From positions 62,001 to 126,000 of IMG/VR virus record IMGVR_UViG_3300020178_000825: a stretch of DNA of 64,000 nucleotides; one strand, given 5' to 3'. A program made the translations under genes and the position numbers. Positions within the stretch are counted from its first letter, which is position 1, and the number at the start of each line of letters is the position of its first letter. Positions 39,120 through 50,000 of the stretch are shown in pieces. Under the pieces are notes generated by a model. The model made no database searches and was not told the origin of the DNA. It saw only the letters and a list, made by a program, of their open reading frames with translations. This DNA is from an uncultured virus (IMG/VR IMGVR_UViG_3300020178_000825). Its lineage: Duplodnaviria; Heunggongvirae; Uroviricota; Caudoviricetes.

Positions 39120-42100
39120 TTAAAATTTAATACTACTGAATCCATTTACTTTTTTAATTTCCATAAGAGAATCCACTACATCTCTCATTGAATCAATATG
39201 TGATATAATCATCACAAAATCAAATTGTGTTTTCAGATATGCGAACAACATATACAATGATGTAAGGTTCTCATTATCTAATGTTCCAAATCCTTCATCG
39301 ATTACTAAGAAGTTAGGACGAGGAAGATTACATACGTTGATTAGAGCGATTCTAATCGCTAAACCACTAATGAACTTCTCCATACCACTACACATCTCTA
39401 AACTCCATTTCTGGTCATCGTAAACGATGTTAGCGTTAATGTTCTTTCCATCCATCTCCAATTGTAAGCCAAACTCTACGATTTGACCTAAGATGTTATT
39501 TACCTCACCTTCAATCATTGGAAGAGCTTTAGAAATCAATTCATAAGATACACCATCCTTACCCAAAGCATTTAGGTAATATTCAAATAATCCAAATTGC
39601 TCCTCTAACTTTTCTACTTCTTCAATTCTATCTTCGATTGTTTTCTTTTGATTTGTTAGGGATGAAACTTCACCATTCAATTTAAGAAGTTGTTTGTTTA
39701 ATTTATCAACATCATCTTTTGATGAAGTCAATTCTGCTCTTACTGAAACCATTTCAGTTCTGAGTTCTTTGTTTTTTTGGATTTGCTTTTCATTCTCCAA
39801 ATAATCGGTGATAAGTTGTGTAACTTGAAGAAGTTCACCATTTATTTTGATTTCTTTAGTTTCGAATGTTGATAACTTGTTGATAAGTGTGTTAATATCT
39901 CTACTTACATTGTTTTCATCTTCTTTAAGTTTTTTCAACTTTGTATATTCCGATTCAAATGGAGCCAACTCTTTTCTTTTAGATACTAACTCCGAATGTT
40001 TGGTTTCCAAATCATTTAGTTCTGATTTAATGGTTTCTAATTCACCATCTACCTTTTCTTTTTGCTCTAAGATAGTTTGTGAGTTTTCCATACAAATATC
40101 ACACTCTTCATTGTATTTGTGGGAATCCAAATGTTGTTTCCTCTCACTAAGGGATTCACTCTTTATAAGATGTTTCTCAATATTGTTTTCAATCAATGTA
40201 AGTTCACTCCCCACCTCAGTATATTCGGTTAGACCCTCATCGATTTTATCTTCATCATATGAATCAATCTTTTCTTCTAATCCAATTTGAGTTTCTTCAA
40301 ACTTATCAATCTTAGATTGTGTTGTATCTCTTTGAGATAACAAGTCGGTCAACGAAGTTTCTAAAGTCGATTTTTTAGTTTCTAACTCGTCTAAAGAATA
40401 ATTGTCGGATTTAACTTTTACAATCTTTTCGTTGAGAGAGATTAATTTCTGATTGTGCTTCTCCACTTCATCTTTTGAAGCGTTCAATTGAATTTCCTTT
40501 AACTTATACTCAGCTTCTTTCTCCTTTAACCCAACACCAATATCAGCTAACTTTTGTGTAAAATCATCCTGCTTAAACTTACGGATTAGAGAAGCGTTAT
40601 CTCTATTCTCATCCGATGCATGTGAATACAATTTATCAAACACATCTACTCCCATAAATTGAGCAAGGATTTCTTTTCTTTCCGATTGTGATTTATCAAT
40701 AAAGAGTGCATTATTTCCTTGAAGTGAAAGAGTAGTTAAAACGAAATCTTCGTATGTACCTAAGTATTGTTGAATGATGGAGTTAGTATCCCTCCTTTGC
40801 TCTCCATTCAAGGAGTGGATACCACTCTCATCTTCTCTCCAAAAGGATACATCTACTTTTAGATTTCTCCCTCTATTGATTAACTTTGCTCTTCTTTCTA
40901 TGTAATAATCCACTTCTTCTATTTGGAAGTGCAGTTTACAATAGAAGTTACTCTTTCTATTATTAAGAATATTCTTTGCTACATAAGTTCTACTTGTCTT
41001 ATCAAATATACAAAAGGATAGTGCATCGAATAAAGATGATTTACCTGAGGCATTAGGTGCGAATATACCTACCATACCTTTTGCGTTGTCAAATCTAATT
41101 AAATTATTCTCACCATAAGAGAACATATTAGAAAATTCAAATTGTTTTGGCACCCATTGTATATTAGGAGTTACATCATCATCTACCAACTTTGTGTTGA
41201 TTTCTCTATTGATTTGTTGTATCTTATCAACAGTCTCTTCATCTGCCAAATACTGTCTTTCCAAATAATCTTTGATGAGTTCGTTTTGGAACTCTACATC
41301 TCTCACATTTCCAATTGCAAGTTTATCATCAAAGTTACCCGTTTTTTGTTTTGATAAAGTATCCATTCGAGTAACAGTGAACTCTTGTACTTTATATTTC
41401 TTTTTAATTTGGGTTAATGCCTTTTTAATCTGAGAAGGTTCGGTATTTGAAATCCTAACTCTCAAACGAGGTTTAGATGGCATATCGGTAACATTAGGAA
41501 CAATACCATCGTTTACATCTAATGTGTAAAATCCATAATCGTTTGGAATATCAACTTCTTCGAAAGTTCTACTTTCAACATCCCAAAGTAAGTAACCATG
41601 TTTATCTAATGCTTCTCCGTGATTTTGTTGTATCATCGAACCAGCATATGCAATGGTTGGTGAACCTAATGTTTGTCTCCTATGGATATCACCCAACATC
41701 ACCATATCAAATCCTTCAAACATATCAGTTGTAAAAGAGTTTGATGATACGGTATATCCAATATCAGTTTGTGCTAAGTTTACAGGTCCGTGGAATAAAC
41801 AAATTTTATTCTCACCTTCTACCAATTCCGCCTTTGGCCAATTCTCTTTTTTATCGAGTATCGAATAAACAACAAAAGTGATGTTACCAAAAGGGTAAGT
41901 CCCAGTATCTCTAAGATAGTGTATTCTGTCATTTTCTAAGTTTTCAACGATTGGTGTCAATACATCCAATCGATAGTTATTATTTAAGTTACAATCGTGA
42001 TTTCCCGTAATAAGGAATGTATGTTTTCTATTTGCACATTCAGTTAAGAACCAACTGATTTCTCTGATTAACTCAGGACTCATTTCGGTTTTAGCATGTG

Positions 42101-42251
42101 CAATATCACCAGCTAAGTAGATTATGGAGTTTTCAATATTATCTCTATCTACATTATCTAAAAACTTTTGGAATACTTCTCTATACTCCTTATGTCTTTT
42201 TAAATTACGAATGTGTAAATCTGCTAAATGGTAGATTTTTTCTACTATCAT
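39120..42251 (-). CDS. Fused Mre11/SbcD nuclease - Rad50/SbcC ATPase (T4 gp47-gp46-like)
   Basis: DLH, GD, GNHD and GDIH phosphoesterase motifs; Walker A PNASGKSS; CDIC hook; CSGMEK; IDEGFG; ISH. Confidence 0.92.
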   Translation of the reverse strand: MIVEKIYHLADLHIRNLKRHKEYREVFQKFLDNVDRDNIENSIIYLAGDIAHAKTEMSPELIREISWFLTECANRKHTFLITGNHDCNLNNNYRLDVLTPIVENLENDRIHYLRDTGTYPFGNITFVVYSILDKKENWPKAELVEGENKICLFHGPVNLAQTDIGYTVSSNSFTTDMFEGFDMVMLGDIHRRQTLGSPTIAYAGSMIQQNHGEALDKHGYLLWDVESRTFEEVDIPNDYGFYTLDVNDGIVPNVTDMPSKPRLRVRISNTEPSQIKKALTQIKKKYKVQEFTVTRMDTLSKQKTGNFDDKLAIGNVRDVEFQNELIKDYLERQYLADEETVDKIQQINREINTKLVDDDVTPNIQWVPKQFEFSNMFSYGENNLIRFDNAKGMVGIFAPNASGKSSLFDALSFCIFDKTSRTYVAKNILNNRKSNFYCKLHFQIEEVDYYIERRAKLINRGRNLKVDVSFWREDESGIHSLNGEQRRDTNSIIQQYLGTYEDFVLTTLSLQGNNALFIDKSQSERKEILAQFMGVDVFDKLYSHASDENRDNASLIRKFKQDDFTQKLADIGVGLKEKEAEYKLKEIQLNASKDEVEKHNQKLISLNEKIVKVKSDNYSLDELETKKSTLETSLTDLLSQRDTTQSKIDKFEETQIGLEEKIDSYDEDKIDEGLTEYTEVGSELTLIENNIEKHLIKSESLSERKQHLDSHKYNEECDICMENSQTILEQKEKVDGELETIKSELNDLETKHSELVSKRKELAPFESEYTKLKKLKEDENNVSRDINTLINKLSTFETKEIKINGELLQVTQLITDYLENEKQIQKNKELRTEMVSVRAELTSSKDDVDKLNKQLLKLNGEVSSLTNQKKTIEDRIEEVEKLEEQFGLFEYYLNALGKDGVSYELISKALPMIEGEVNNILGQIVEFGLQLEMDGKNINANIVYDDQKWSLEMCSGMEKFISGLAIRIALINVCNLPRPNFLVIDEGFGTLDNENLTSLYMLFAYLKTQFDFVMIISHIDSMRDVVDSLMEIKKVNGFSSIKF

Positions 42252-43186
42252 ATATTATTTAGTTTTGAAAGGATTAAATCATCCCAACCGGTTTCTTCGG
42301 TTTCTTTTAACAAGTTATTTATTTTATCAAATCCCAATTCACCAGCATCACCACCTTCAGGTATAACATTCTTTACCTTTATACCATTCTTAATAAAGTA
42401 GTTTGCATGTTTGGTAGAATCTTCTACTGCATCTGAATCTAATAAAATATTAATTTCTTTTACTCCCTTTTCTTTTATTTTAGTTTGTAAAGTTCTTGGA
42501 ATAAACTTTCCTAAAATAGGAATCACATTTCTTTTTACTGAGAATGAATCAAATACACCTTCTACTAATGTAATGGGTTCGTTCCAATCGATTTGATTAT
42601 CAAATACAATTACATCCCTACTAACGGGTGGGTTTTTGTATTTCATCTTTTCATCTTCGTAAAAAGAACGAGCAATAAAATAGTTTAATTCACCATCTTC
42701 ATTATAAGATGGAATAATCACTCTACCACTATATAATCCTTCCTCACAATAACCAATGTTATATTTCAAAACCTCATCCATAGAAATACTTCTTTGTTTG
42801 AGATAATGAATTGCTTGATTATAAATCGGATTGATTGATTTTGGTTTGTGATAAAGTGATTTAAATTCTTTTGGAAGTCTGAGTACTATCTTCTCAACTT
42901 CCCTTTCGTTCCGTTTTGGTTTGTACTCTCCATAGATAGAATGAATCTTTGCTAATTCACTCTTATCAACATTTAGTTTATAAAGTAAGGATTGAATACT
43001 CCTACCCTTAGAATCACATACCCAACAATGCCAATATTGTGAATCTAAATTGACTTGTAGTTTCTTCTTATGGTGATGACAAAAAGGACAATGATGTGCT
43101 TGTTCATTTCCCTTCATTGATGTACCAACACCTAAAGCAGAATCTAATACATTTATAACTACTAACTTATTTCTTGCGGAGAGCAT
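42248..43186 (-). CDS. DNA primase (Zn finger + TOPRIM)
   Basis: CPFC...HCWVC; LVEGVFD; LDSDA. Confidence 0.88.
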   Translation of the reverse strand: MLSARNKLVVINVLDSALGVGTSMKGNEQAHHCPFCHHHKKKLQVNLDSQYWHCWVCDSKGRSIQSLLYKLNVDKSELAKIHSIYGEYKPKRNEREVEKIVLRLPKEFKSLYHKPKSINPIYNQAIHYLKQRSISMDEVLKYNIGYCEEGLYSGRVIIPSYNEDGELNYFIARSFYEDEKMKYKNPPVSRDVIVFDNQIDWNEPITLVEGVFDSFSVKRNVIPILGKFIPRTLQTKIKEKGVKEINILLDSDAVEDSTKHANYFIKNGIKVKNVIPEGGDAGELGFDKINNLLKETEETGWDDLILSKLNNI

Positions 43187-43201
43187 AAATTAAATTTTCA
43201 A

Positions 43202-43233
43202 CAAATATACGAAAAATTTTTCAATTATCCAAA
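43202..43233 (-). promoter_or_regulatory. Bacteroidota-type promoter for the primase-recombination operon
   Basis: TTTG-N20-TATATTTG on the minus strand. Confidence 0.75.
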
Positions 43234-43437
43234 TTATCCGATGGTTGAATCGGATACATCATATAGAAATTGTCCTAATTTTTTTATATCATTAATAGTT
43301 TGTTCATCTACTTTTCTTTTTTCAAGCATAGGAACTAATTGTTGAATAGATTTTACTGCTATTTTTAATCCATCATCTTTTGCGTTTAAAGAATTTGGAT
43401 TGATACCATGTTTTTTTGCTACTTGGTTTAAAGTCAT
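43234..43437 (-). CDS. Small hypothetical protein
   Basis: ATG at 43437 (MTLNQVAKKHG...) preferred over the TTG at 43464. Confidence 0.55.
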   Translation of the reverse strand: MTLNQVAKKHGINPNSLNAKDDGLKIAVKSIQQLVPMLEKRKVDEQTINDIKKLGQFLYDVSDSTIG

Positions 43438-43472
43438 AATATTATTTTTTGTGTATATATACAATTAACACT

Positions 43473-43504
43473 CAAATATACGAAAAATATTTTAGATTTC
43501 CAAA
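43473..43504 (-). promoter_or_regulatory. Bacteroidota-type promoter
   Basis: TTTG-N20-TATATTTG on the minus strand. Confidence 0.75.
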
Positions 43505-43905
43505 TCTTTTCTAAAAAACTTTCCTAAAAGATTATCGTTGAGTGAGTTTTCATCAGCTAATACATTGTATTTGAATTGCCAATGTAGTTCGTAATAAGTC
43601 AGTGCTTTTGCTGAATGACAGAATTGAAGTATCTTCTTTTTGAAGTTTTCCTCACCACCATTAGATACTTCTTCTTTAATCCATTGATTGGAGGACATAT
43701 ATTTTTTCCAGTCAGATTCTTTAATGACTTTTCGTTTCCTCTTTTTTCCTTTTAGTGGGGGAAGTGTTCTTTTTGCCTTTAGGTTTTTCTTACCTATGTA
43801 GTATTTTCCAGTAGGGATGTGTTCAATCATGTAGATGAATCCTACTGCGCTTTCGGGAATTTCCTCATCTTTGATGTGGTTTCCCTCCCATAACCATTGA
43901 ATCAT
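43492..43905 (-). CDS. GIY-YIG-like nuclease domain protein
   Basis: GFIYMIEHIPTGKYYIGKK...WKKYMSS...E...N pattern. Confidence 0.7.
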   Translation of the reverse strand: MIQWLWEGNHIKDEEIPESAVGFIYMIEHIPTGKYYIGKKNLKAKRTLPPLKGKKRKRKVIKESDWKKYMSSNQWIKEEVSNGGEENFKKKILQFCHSAKALTYYELHWQFKYNVLADENSLNDNLLGKFFRKDLEI

Positions 43906-43911
43906 AAATTC

Positions 43912-44094
43912 TTATTTAAATGTATCGGAGTAAGGTTTACTATTTAGTTTACCCCCTCTAGCTTGCTTTATCTTAGCTTCATCTTTTGATAAATCTAATC
44001 CACCATCAGCTTCAATCAAAGTTTTATCACCACCTTTGATGTTTGCTTTTGATACTGCTGGAGGATTTTGAGCTAATCTTTCTTCTAAAGTCAT
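43912..44094 (-). CDS. Small hypothetical late protein
   Basis: 60-aa ORF with TATTTATA at 44115-44122. Confidence 0.55.
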   Translation of the reverse strand: MTLEERLAQNPPAVSKANIKGGDKTLIEADGGLDLSKDEAKIKQARGGKLNSKPYSDTFK

Positions 44095-44127
44095 AATTGT
44101 TTTTCTTTATATTATATAAATATAACC

Positions 44128-45066
44128 TTATGTATCGAAACGAACAATGAAGTTTACAGGATAATCCGGTAATGATTTAATTGGTTGGGGTAGTTTAGCT
44201 ACCGCAACCATATTCATTTCATTATCATATAAACCTATTGTTGTAATAAATGGCGTTAAATAAGAACCAGTTTGGTCAGTAGAACCACTTACTTCATAAT
44301 CATCAAAACTTCCCTTAGATGAGCCATCATAAGATGATACATATGGATACTTACCACCCCTTATATATCTAGCTCCAGGTTGATAAAAAGATTGAGATAC
44401 CAACTCACCATCAATCAATCTAGTCTTTGGTTTTGTAATAGATGCCGTTATTTTTTTACCACCAACTTCATAAATAGCAGTTGGATTTTGAGATACATTG
44501 AATTCATTTTCATTTACTGAAAGGAATATTTCGTTTTCATAAATAGTCATAGTTGAACGATATGATACATCAAATGAAGATAAACCGCTTCCATCAGCTA
44601 CATCTTCGGTAAGTACAACTAATCCCCTATCATAAAACACATTACCCTTAATGTTTGATGCAGAATCGATTAAGTTAGAGTTACCATCATCGGTTGCCGT
44701 AATCGAACCATATTCAACTACCATTGAACCCACTTTAATTCCTTCACCATAATATTGTTGTGGAATTGGTATTATACCAATCGTATCACTAATAACCCTT
44801 TCATTGGTTGATGCATATGATTCCCTTTTACCAACTTCGGTTAAAATAGATGCAGTAGCTGGATTTAAATAAAATTGTGCTTTTATAGAATCATATAAAG
44901 TTCTTTTAGATGTACCGTCTGAGTTAGTGTCATCGGTATTTACATCATAAAGGTCCGTTTGATTTGTACCATAAAGTGCGGTAATATCCGTTTGGTCCAA
45001 AGCCCACTCTTTGTAAACTTTGAAAGGCCTAACCACCACATCTGATTTTGGAATCTCTTTTATCAT
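44128..45066 (-). CDS. Baseplate/tail-collar-type structural protein
   Basis: GNVFYDRGL; C-terminal ITTIGLYDNEMNMVAVAKLPQPIK; paralog of 45154-46365. Confidence 0.6.
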   Translation of the reverse strand: MIKEIPKSDVVVRPFKVYKEWALDQTDITALYGTNQTDLYDVNTDDTNSDGTSKRTLYDSIKAQFYLNPATASILTEVGKRESYASTNERVISDTIGIIPIPQQYYGEGIKVGSMVVEYGSITATDDGNSNLIDSASNIKGNVFYDRGLVVLTEDVADGSGLSSFDVSYRSTMTIYENEIFLSVNENEFNVSQNPTAIYEVGGKKITASITKPKTRLIDGELVSQSFYQPGARYIRGGKYPYVSSYDGSSKGSFDDYEVSGSTDQTGSYLTPFITTIGLYDNEMNMVAVAKLPQPIKSLPDYPVNFIVRFDT

Positions 45067-45100
45067 CTAAGCAAATACTTTTATATAAATATTAAGAAAC

Positions 45101-45126
45101 AAAAAACCCCACTTTTAGTGGGGTTC
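45101..45126 (-). terminator. Intrinsic terminator
   Basis: AACCCCAC-TAAAA-GTGGGGTT followed by a T run on the minus strand. Confidence 0.75.
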
Positions 45127-45153
45127 TTCTACATTTATATTTTAATAAATTTA

Positions 45154-46365
45154 TTAGAATGAAAGTTTAACTTTAATTAATACTTCTTTATCAAATGATT
45201 TTTCAATTGGTTGAGAAGTTTTAGCTACTGCTATTGTTTCATTTGCATCATTTAATAATCCAACCGTTGTAATATAAGTTCTTGGGTCAGTTTCAAATGT
45301 TGTTTCTGTGAATGTTCCATTGGCATTTACATAAGTTGGGTTGTTTGAATAGTTAAATTCTCTATTCGTTGCTCTTACGAAGAAATGTTGTGTTGATACG
45401 TTTTCAGTTCTTCTAGCTTGGAAATCACCACCATGATGAATTGCGTAGAATAATCTCTTATGATTTTCTTTATCAGCATCTACTCCAGTATCTCCAGCTA
45501 AAGTTCCTAAAGAACCCCAATCAGCATCAAATGCGTTACCAACAGTATCAGCGATTGCAGTTGGGTTAAGAATGATAATACCTCTATCAGGATAGAACAA
45601 TCCATATCCCTCATTGTTAGATGCGGTTGTTGTATTGATTGTAGCTGCATCTTCAGTACCTAAGTTAAGTGAACCACTTACTACTTTAAATACTCTACCA
45701 GCTTTTCCTAATGTATCTCCAAACTTCTTACCACTATCATCAATGAAAGTAAATAATCCATTAGAACCAGAAAGTTGTAATGACCAGTTACCCGGGTCCA
45801 TTTTCTCTCTATATCTCGCTCTATTGATATTGATAGCGTAGATTGCGTTTGAATCGTTTGCTATACCACTACCATTTTCAAATGAGAATTGTGTATCGGT
45901 TGGGTCTAACAAAACTGATTTATATTGAGCGTAAGTTGCTTTAGTTGGTAGTAATGCATCATCTGAATTTGCTAATGATATTGAACCACTTCCATTTAAA
46001 TGTCCATATGCTACAGCGAATTGAACTTCAGCTGATGAAGTTACTGCTGTATCTCCGGCGTAAGCATTATAGTAGTACTTAGCACTTGTACCAGCTACTT
46101 GAGCAGATGAAGTATAAAGTGCCGTTAATGAACCTACATCACCTGTCCATAATCCAGTTGTTACTACTTCAATTTTTGCATTTACCTTATCAAACTCACC
46201 GAATCTTTTATAAATTCCAGTAGTTACACCTGCGCCAGATTGTAATTGCTGTCCCGCAGGTAATGCTGAGTTTAAAAGGGCTACTACATCATTACTATCG
46301 ATTGTTCCGCCTTGTGCTAACGCTTGTAGTTGAGCGGATATATTTGGGTCGTTTATAATTGCCAT
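45154..46365 (-). CDS. Baseplate/tail-collar-type structural protein
   Basis: GLFYPDRGII, EFNYSNNPT and YITTVGLLNDANETIAVAKTSQPIEK. Confidence 0.6.
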   Translation of the reverse strand: MAIINDPNISAQLQALAQGGTIDSNDVVALLNSALPAGQQLQSGAGVTTGIYKRFGEFDKVNAKIEVVTTGLWTGDVGSLTALYTSSAQVAGTSAKYYYNAYAGDTAVTSSAEVQFAVAYGHLNGSGSISLANSDDALLPTKATYAQYKSVLLDPTDTQFSFENGSGIANDSNAIYAININRARYREKMDPGNWSLQLSGSNGLFTFIDDSGKKFGDTLGKAGRVFKVVSGSLNLGTEDAATINTTTASNNEGYGLFYPDRGIIILNPTAIADTVGNAFDADWGSLGTLAGDTGVDADKENHKRLFYAIHHGGDFQARRTENVSTQHFFVRATNREFNYSNNPTYVNANGTFTETTFETDPRTYITTVGLLNDANETIAVAKTSQPIEKSFDKEVLIKVKLSF

Positions 46366-46379
46366 ATCTCTATCCTTTT

Positions 46380-47009
46380 TTAGTTGTTACTTCTATAAGT
46401 TACAGTTACAGGAATAGTTTGTGAACCACCCGTCTCATTTCCATATACAGTTATCGTAGTAGAAACATTAGATGTTAACGAAGGATTTGGTGAGAATGTA
46501 AATCCTAAACCACTAACAACTTGTGCCGTAGTAGTTACTTCTTCTCCTAAGAAAACAGGAACCGAACCGGCTGCTGTTGCTCCTTGCGTTACTGCTAATG
46601 TACCAGCTCTCTGGTCTGCTAATACAACAGTATATCCAGAAGAACTATTTCCTTGTGGTGAAGTTGTAGGTGAAAGAGCAACTTGCCCTTCATCTTGATA
46701 AACTCCAATTGAAGAAATACCTAATGCTACAACTGGAATCTGAGTTGTACCTTTTGGTAATGTAACTAACTTGTATCTTAATACTTGTGTTTCGTCTGGA
46801 CTAGCTTCCAGAATTGGTATCGCCTTAATTGCCGAATCATAATACGCTGAACCCTTTGGGTGCGCTGGCTCGTACAATGTATAATCAATCTCATCATCAC
46901 CTAATGCGAATTTGGTAATGTTAAGGGATTGACCAGATGCCAACTTCTGTCTACCTTTTTTGGTTAGGATGGCATCGACTGTAATTGATGTATTGTCTAA
47001 ATATCCCAT
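46380..47009 (-). CDS. Virion structural protein (probable baseplate component)
   Basis: DAILTKKGRQKLA...ITKFALGDDEIDY; within the baseplate cluster. Confidence 0.55.
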   Translation of the reverse strand: MGYLDNTSITVDAILTKKGRQKLASGQSLNITKFALGDDEIDYTLYEPAHPKGSAYYDSAIKAIPILEASPDETQVLRYKLVTLPKGTTQIPVVALGISSIGVYQDEGQVALSPTTSPQGNSSSGYTVVLADQRAGTLAVTQGATAAGSVPVFLGEEVTTTAQVVSGLGFTFSPNPSLTSNVSTTITVYGNETGGSQTIPVTVTYRSNN

Positions 47010-47072
47010 AATTTTTTTAATTTGCCCTTTTGTTTATTATGTACTAATAAATATAACTATTTTAAAATTTAA

Positions 47073-50000
47073 TTAATCTACCTCAAGAATTGGTTCTCCA
47101 CTTCCTCTACCAGTATCCGCAACTCTTAAAATGTTCGGATTCGTAGTAAATGTTTCAACAGGAGATAACCCATCTGGGGTTGTATTTATTGTTTGTTTTG
47201 AACCTTCAAAGAATGAATTTTTTAATCCTTGTGATAGGTTGTTTTTATATCGATAGTGAGATGATAAGTATCCCTTTAACGGAGTTACTTCAACTACATC
47301 GTTTCCAACCGATGGGTCTGGTGCTCCAAATGGTACTTTTGTTACTTTGTATCTAAACTTAGTAACCTCTACATCTTCATATCTAACCTGCTCATTGGTT
47401 GTTGTTGTAGGATATCCTGCAACTTGAGTAGGTACTTTTTCTATGTATGATTCTTTTATTAAATATACTTGCTGTCTACTTCCAGATAAATTTCCAAATA
47501 TATCCAATGTACTAACTTCACCATATTTTTCAATTGGTGTAAATAATCCAAATCCAGCATTATTTAATGAATTCGGGTCCATACCAATTTGTTCAAATCC
47601 AAATGATTCAGCCGATGCATCTAATTTACTTCCATCGGGAACTTCAATTTCCGAAACATATGTTGGATATGTACCCAATAAATTCGTATCATTATCAACA
47701 TCGATAGATGAATCATATTGTGGGTTGGTTGATGTTAATACAATATCATCCTCACCATCAACATTTGCTTCATAGTTATCATACTGATGTGTTAATACTA
47801 CATCAGATTCCCCATCTATGTTAGCTTGAAATTGATTGTTATCACCAATTAAAATTACATCTTCATCAACATCTACACTGGTTTCATAATCTCTTTTTTC
47901 AGATGTTGGTTTATCCCATTTAGTTTTACTTCTTTCTAAAAAGTGAGGTTCGATTAATAAACCTTTAGAAACTTTTGCTCTAGCAGGAACTAAATCTTCC
48001 AATACATCGAATAAAGATTTATCAATGTATCTAATTAATCTGATATATTCGTAGATATCTCTATTTAATCTTTGGAAGTAATAATCTCTTAATGATTTTA
48101 ATTCCGTATATTCATCTTTGTATTCATCAGCAGGTGCTCCAATATAATTATCAATATTGAAGTTACCAAATGATTTAATGATATCCATATTCAACTCTTT
48201 GATTGGGGAGAAGAATAATCCTAAACGAGATGAATCGATTGGCGCCCTATCTAATGATTTTTTGGTTGCTCTAACTTTGTGTGATAAATTACCAACAAGT
48301 TCTTGAGTTTCAAATCTAATTTTATCAGCTTGATTAAATCCTAATGATGGAACTTTTGCAGTTATTGTTCTTTCATAACTTCTATAATGATATGGATAAT
48401 CTGATATTGAATTAAATCCAACAGCGGTTCCATTAACATTATATTCGGTACTAATAGCAACATTATTTATTGTTGTGGATGATGATAAATCTTTAGGAAG
48501 TTCAAAATCAAATCTAAGTACTAAATCTTCAGATGATGCCGTATAGCTGTTTCCAGCTATCGAATCTGGTTGTAGTGTATGCGTATCTAATAAGTTAGTT
48601 TCTAACGGAGTTTTCCATAATCTAAATTCATCAAGCGAACCATTAAATCCATTACCAACTCGCAATGAACGCCCAATACCCAATCCACTACCAGTCCAAT
48701 TTGCATTAGTAATACTTAGAGTATTTGATGCTTTTTCTGTTCGTATTCTACCATTAATGGAATCTCTTAAATACACATTGAATGTATCATCACTTCCATC
48801 TTCACTTTTGTTGATAAGAATTTGTTTATACTCACCATCAAAGAATCTAACATTATCAATAGATGCCGAATGTAGTTCTGAGCTTGAACTTACATATAAA
48901 TCTAAGTTAGCAAAACTACCAGTGGTTTGGGATATTTTAAATTCCCATTCTGCTTCTGTACCAGATGGGTCCATCATTTTAATTAACGATGTATCTTTTG
49001 GTATAGTAGAATTAACCCTAAATTCAATACCTCTAGCGCTGTAATCATCGATATCATTAAATGGTATTTGAATATAAGAACTATCGCTACCACTTAAAAC
49101 AAGTTCAGAAGTTCTATCTTCAAATGTAAATGGTTGAGTACCACCATCAGTTGGGTCAGTTGGTCCACCAAACTCCATAATTGTAAGGAGTGATTGTGGA
49201 ACACCATAACAAGCCATTACTGCTTTTAAAGAACGAGAAGTACCTTTGTGTTTTAATAAGTAAGGTAAGTTGTTAAGGATTCTTCTCCAAACTTCTTCAT
49301 TTGCTGATTTAAGAGATTGTTGATATTTTTCAGTACCATCTTTGTATTGTCCTAAAGCATATTCCCATAAATGTTGAGAATCATAAGCTTTTCTACCATC
49401 CCATCCCAACGATTCTAACATTGTAGAAACCAAATCACTTGAAAATCCTAAATCTGCTTTATGTTCTGGTTTTCTTAAATTGTTTAACCCATTAATATAT
49501 GCCCAAATAACATCAAAATGATGCCCTAACATATCCATAAACAACATAAAGTCCTCGTTCTGATAATCTTCTCTAATAAATTCTGGAAGATTGTTGTTTA
49601 GGTAATCTACATTATTTCTATCAAATGTTGCGGCTTCATTTACAGCAGTATTATACCAAGCAATTGCCTGAGAATCGGTTGATGCTATAATTGAACTTCC
49701 GCTCTTAGGATATGCTAATGAATTGGTTGATGTATATAAAAAGTTTTCAAATCCATCAAATGTTTTGATAAGATTGTTTATATTAACCAATTGTTGATTA
49801 GCTTGTACCACCGAAGCTGCTGTTACACTTATAGCCTCAATTTGTAAACTGGAAGAAGCTGGTTCACTTATGATTGTATATTCATCAACCAATCCACCCT
49901 CTGCTAATAAATACCCCAATTCTACTTGAGATACCGATAAACTATTATATTTTGTTTGATATGATTCTAATAGTTCAACTTTATATTGGAAGTTTTTAAT

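Noticed and set aside
43492..43905. Mobile homing endonuclease or intron
   Set aside because: Single short GIY-YIG-like domain with no DNA-binding extension and no interrupted host gene; no evidence of mobility.
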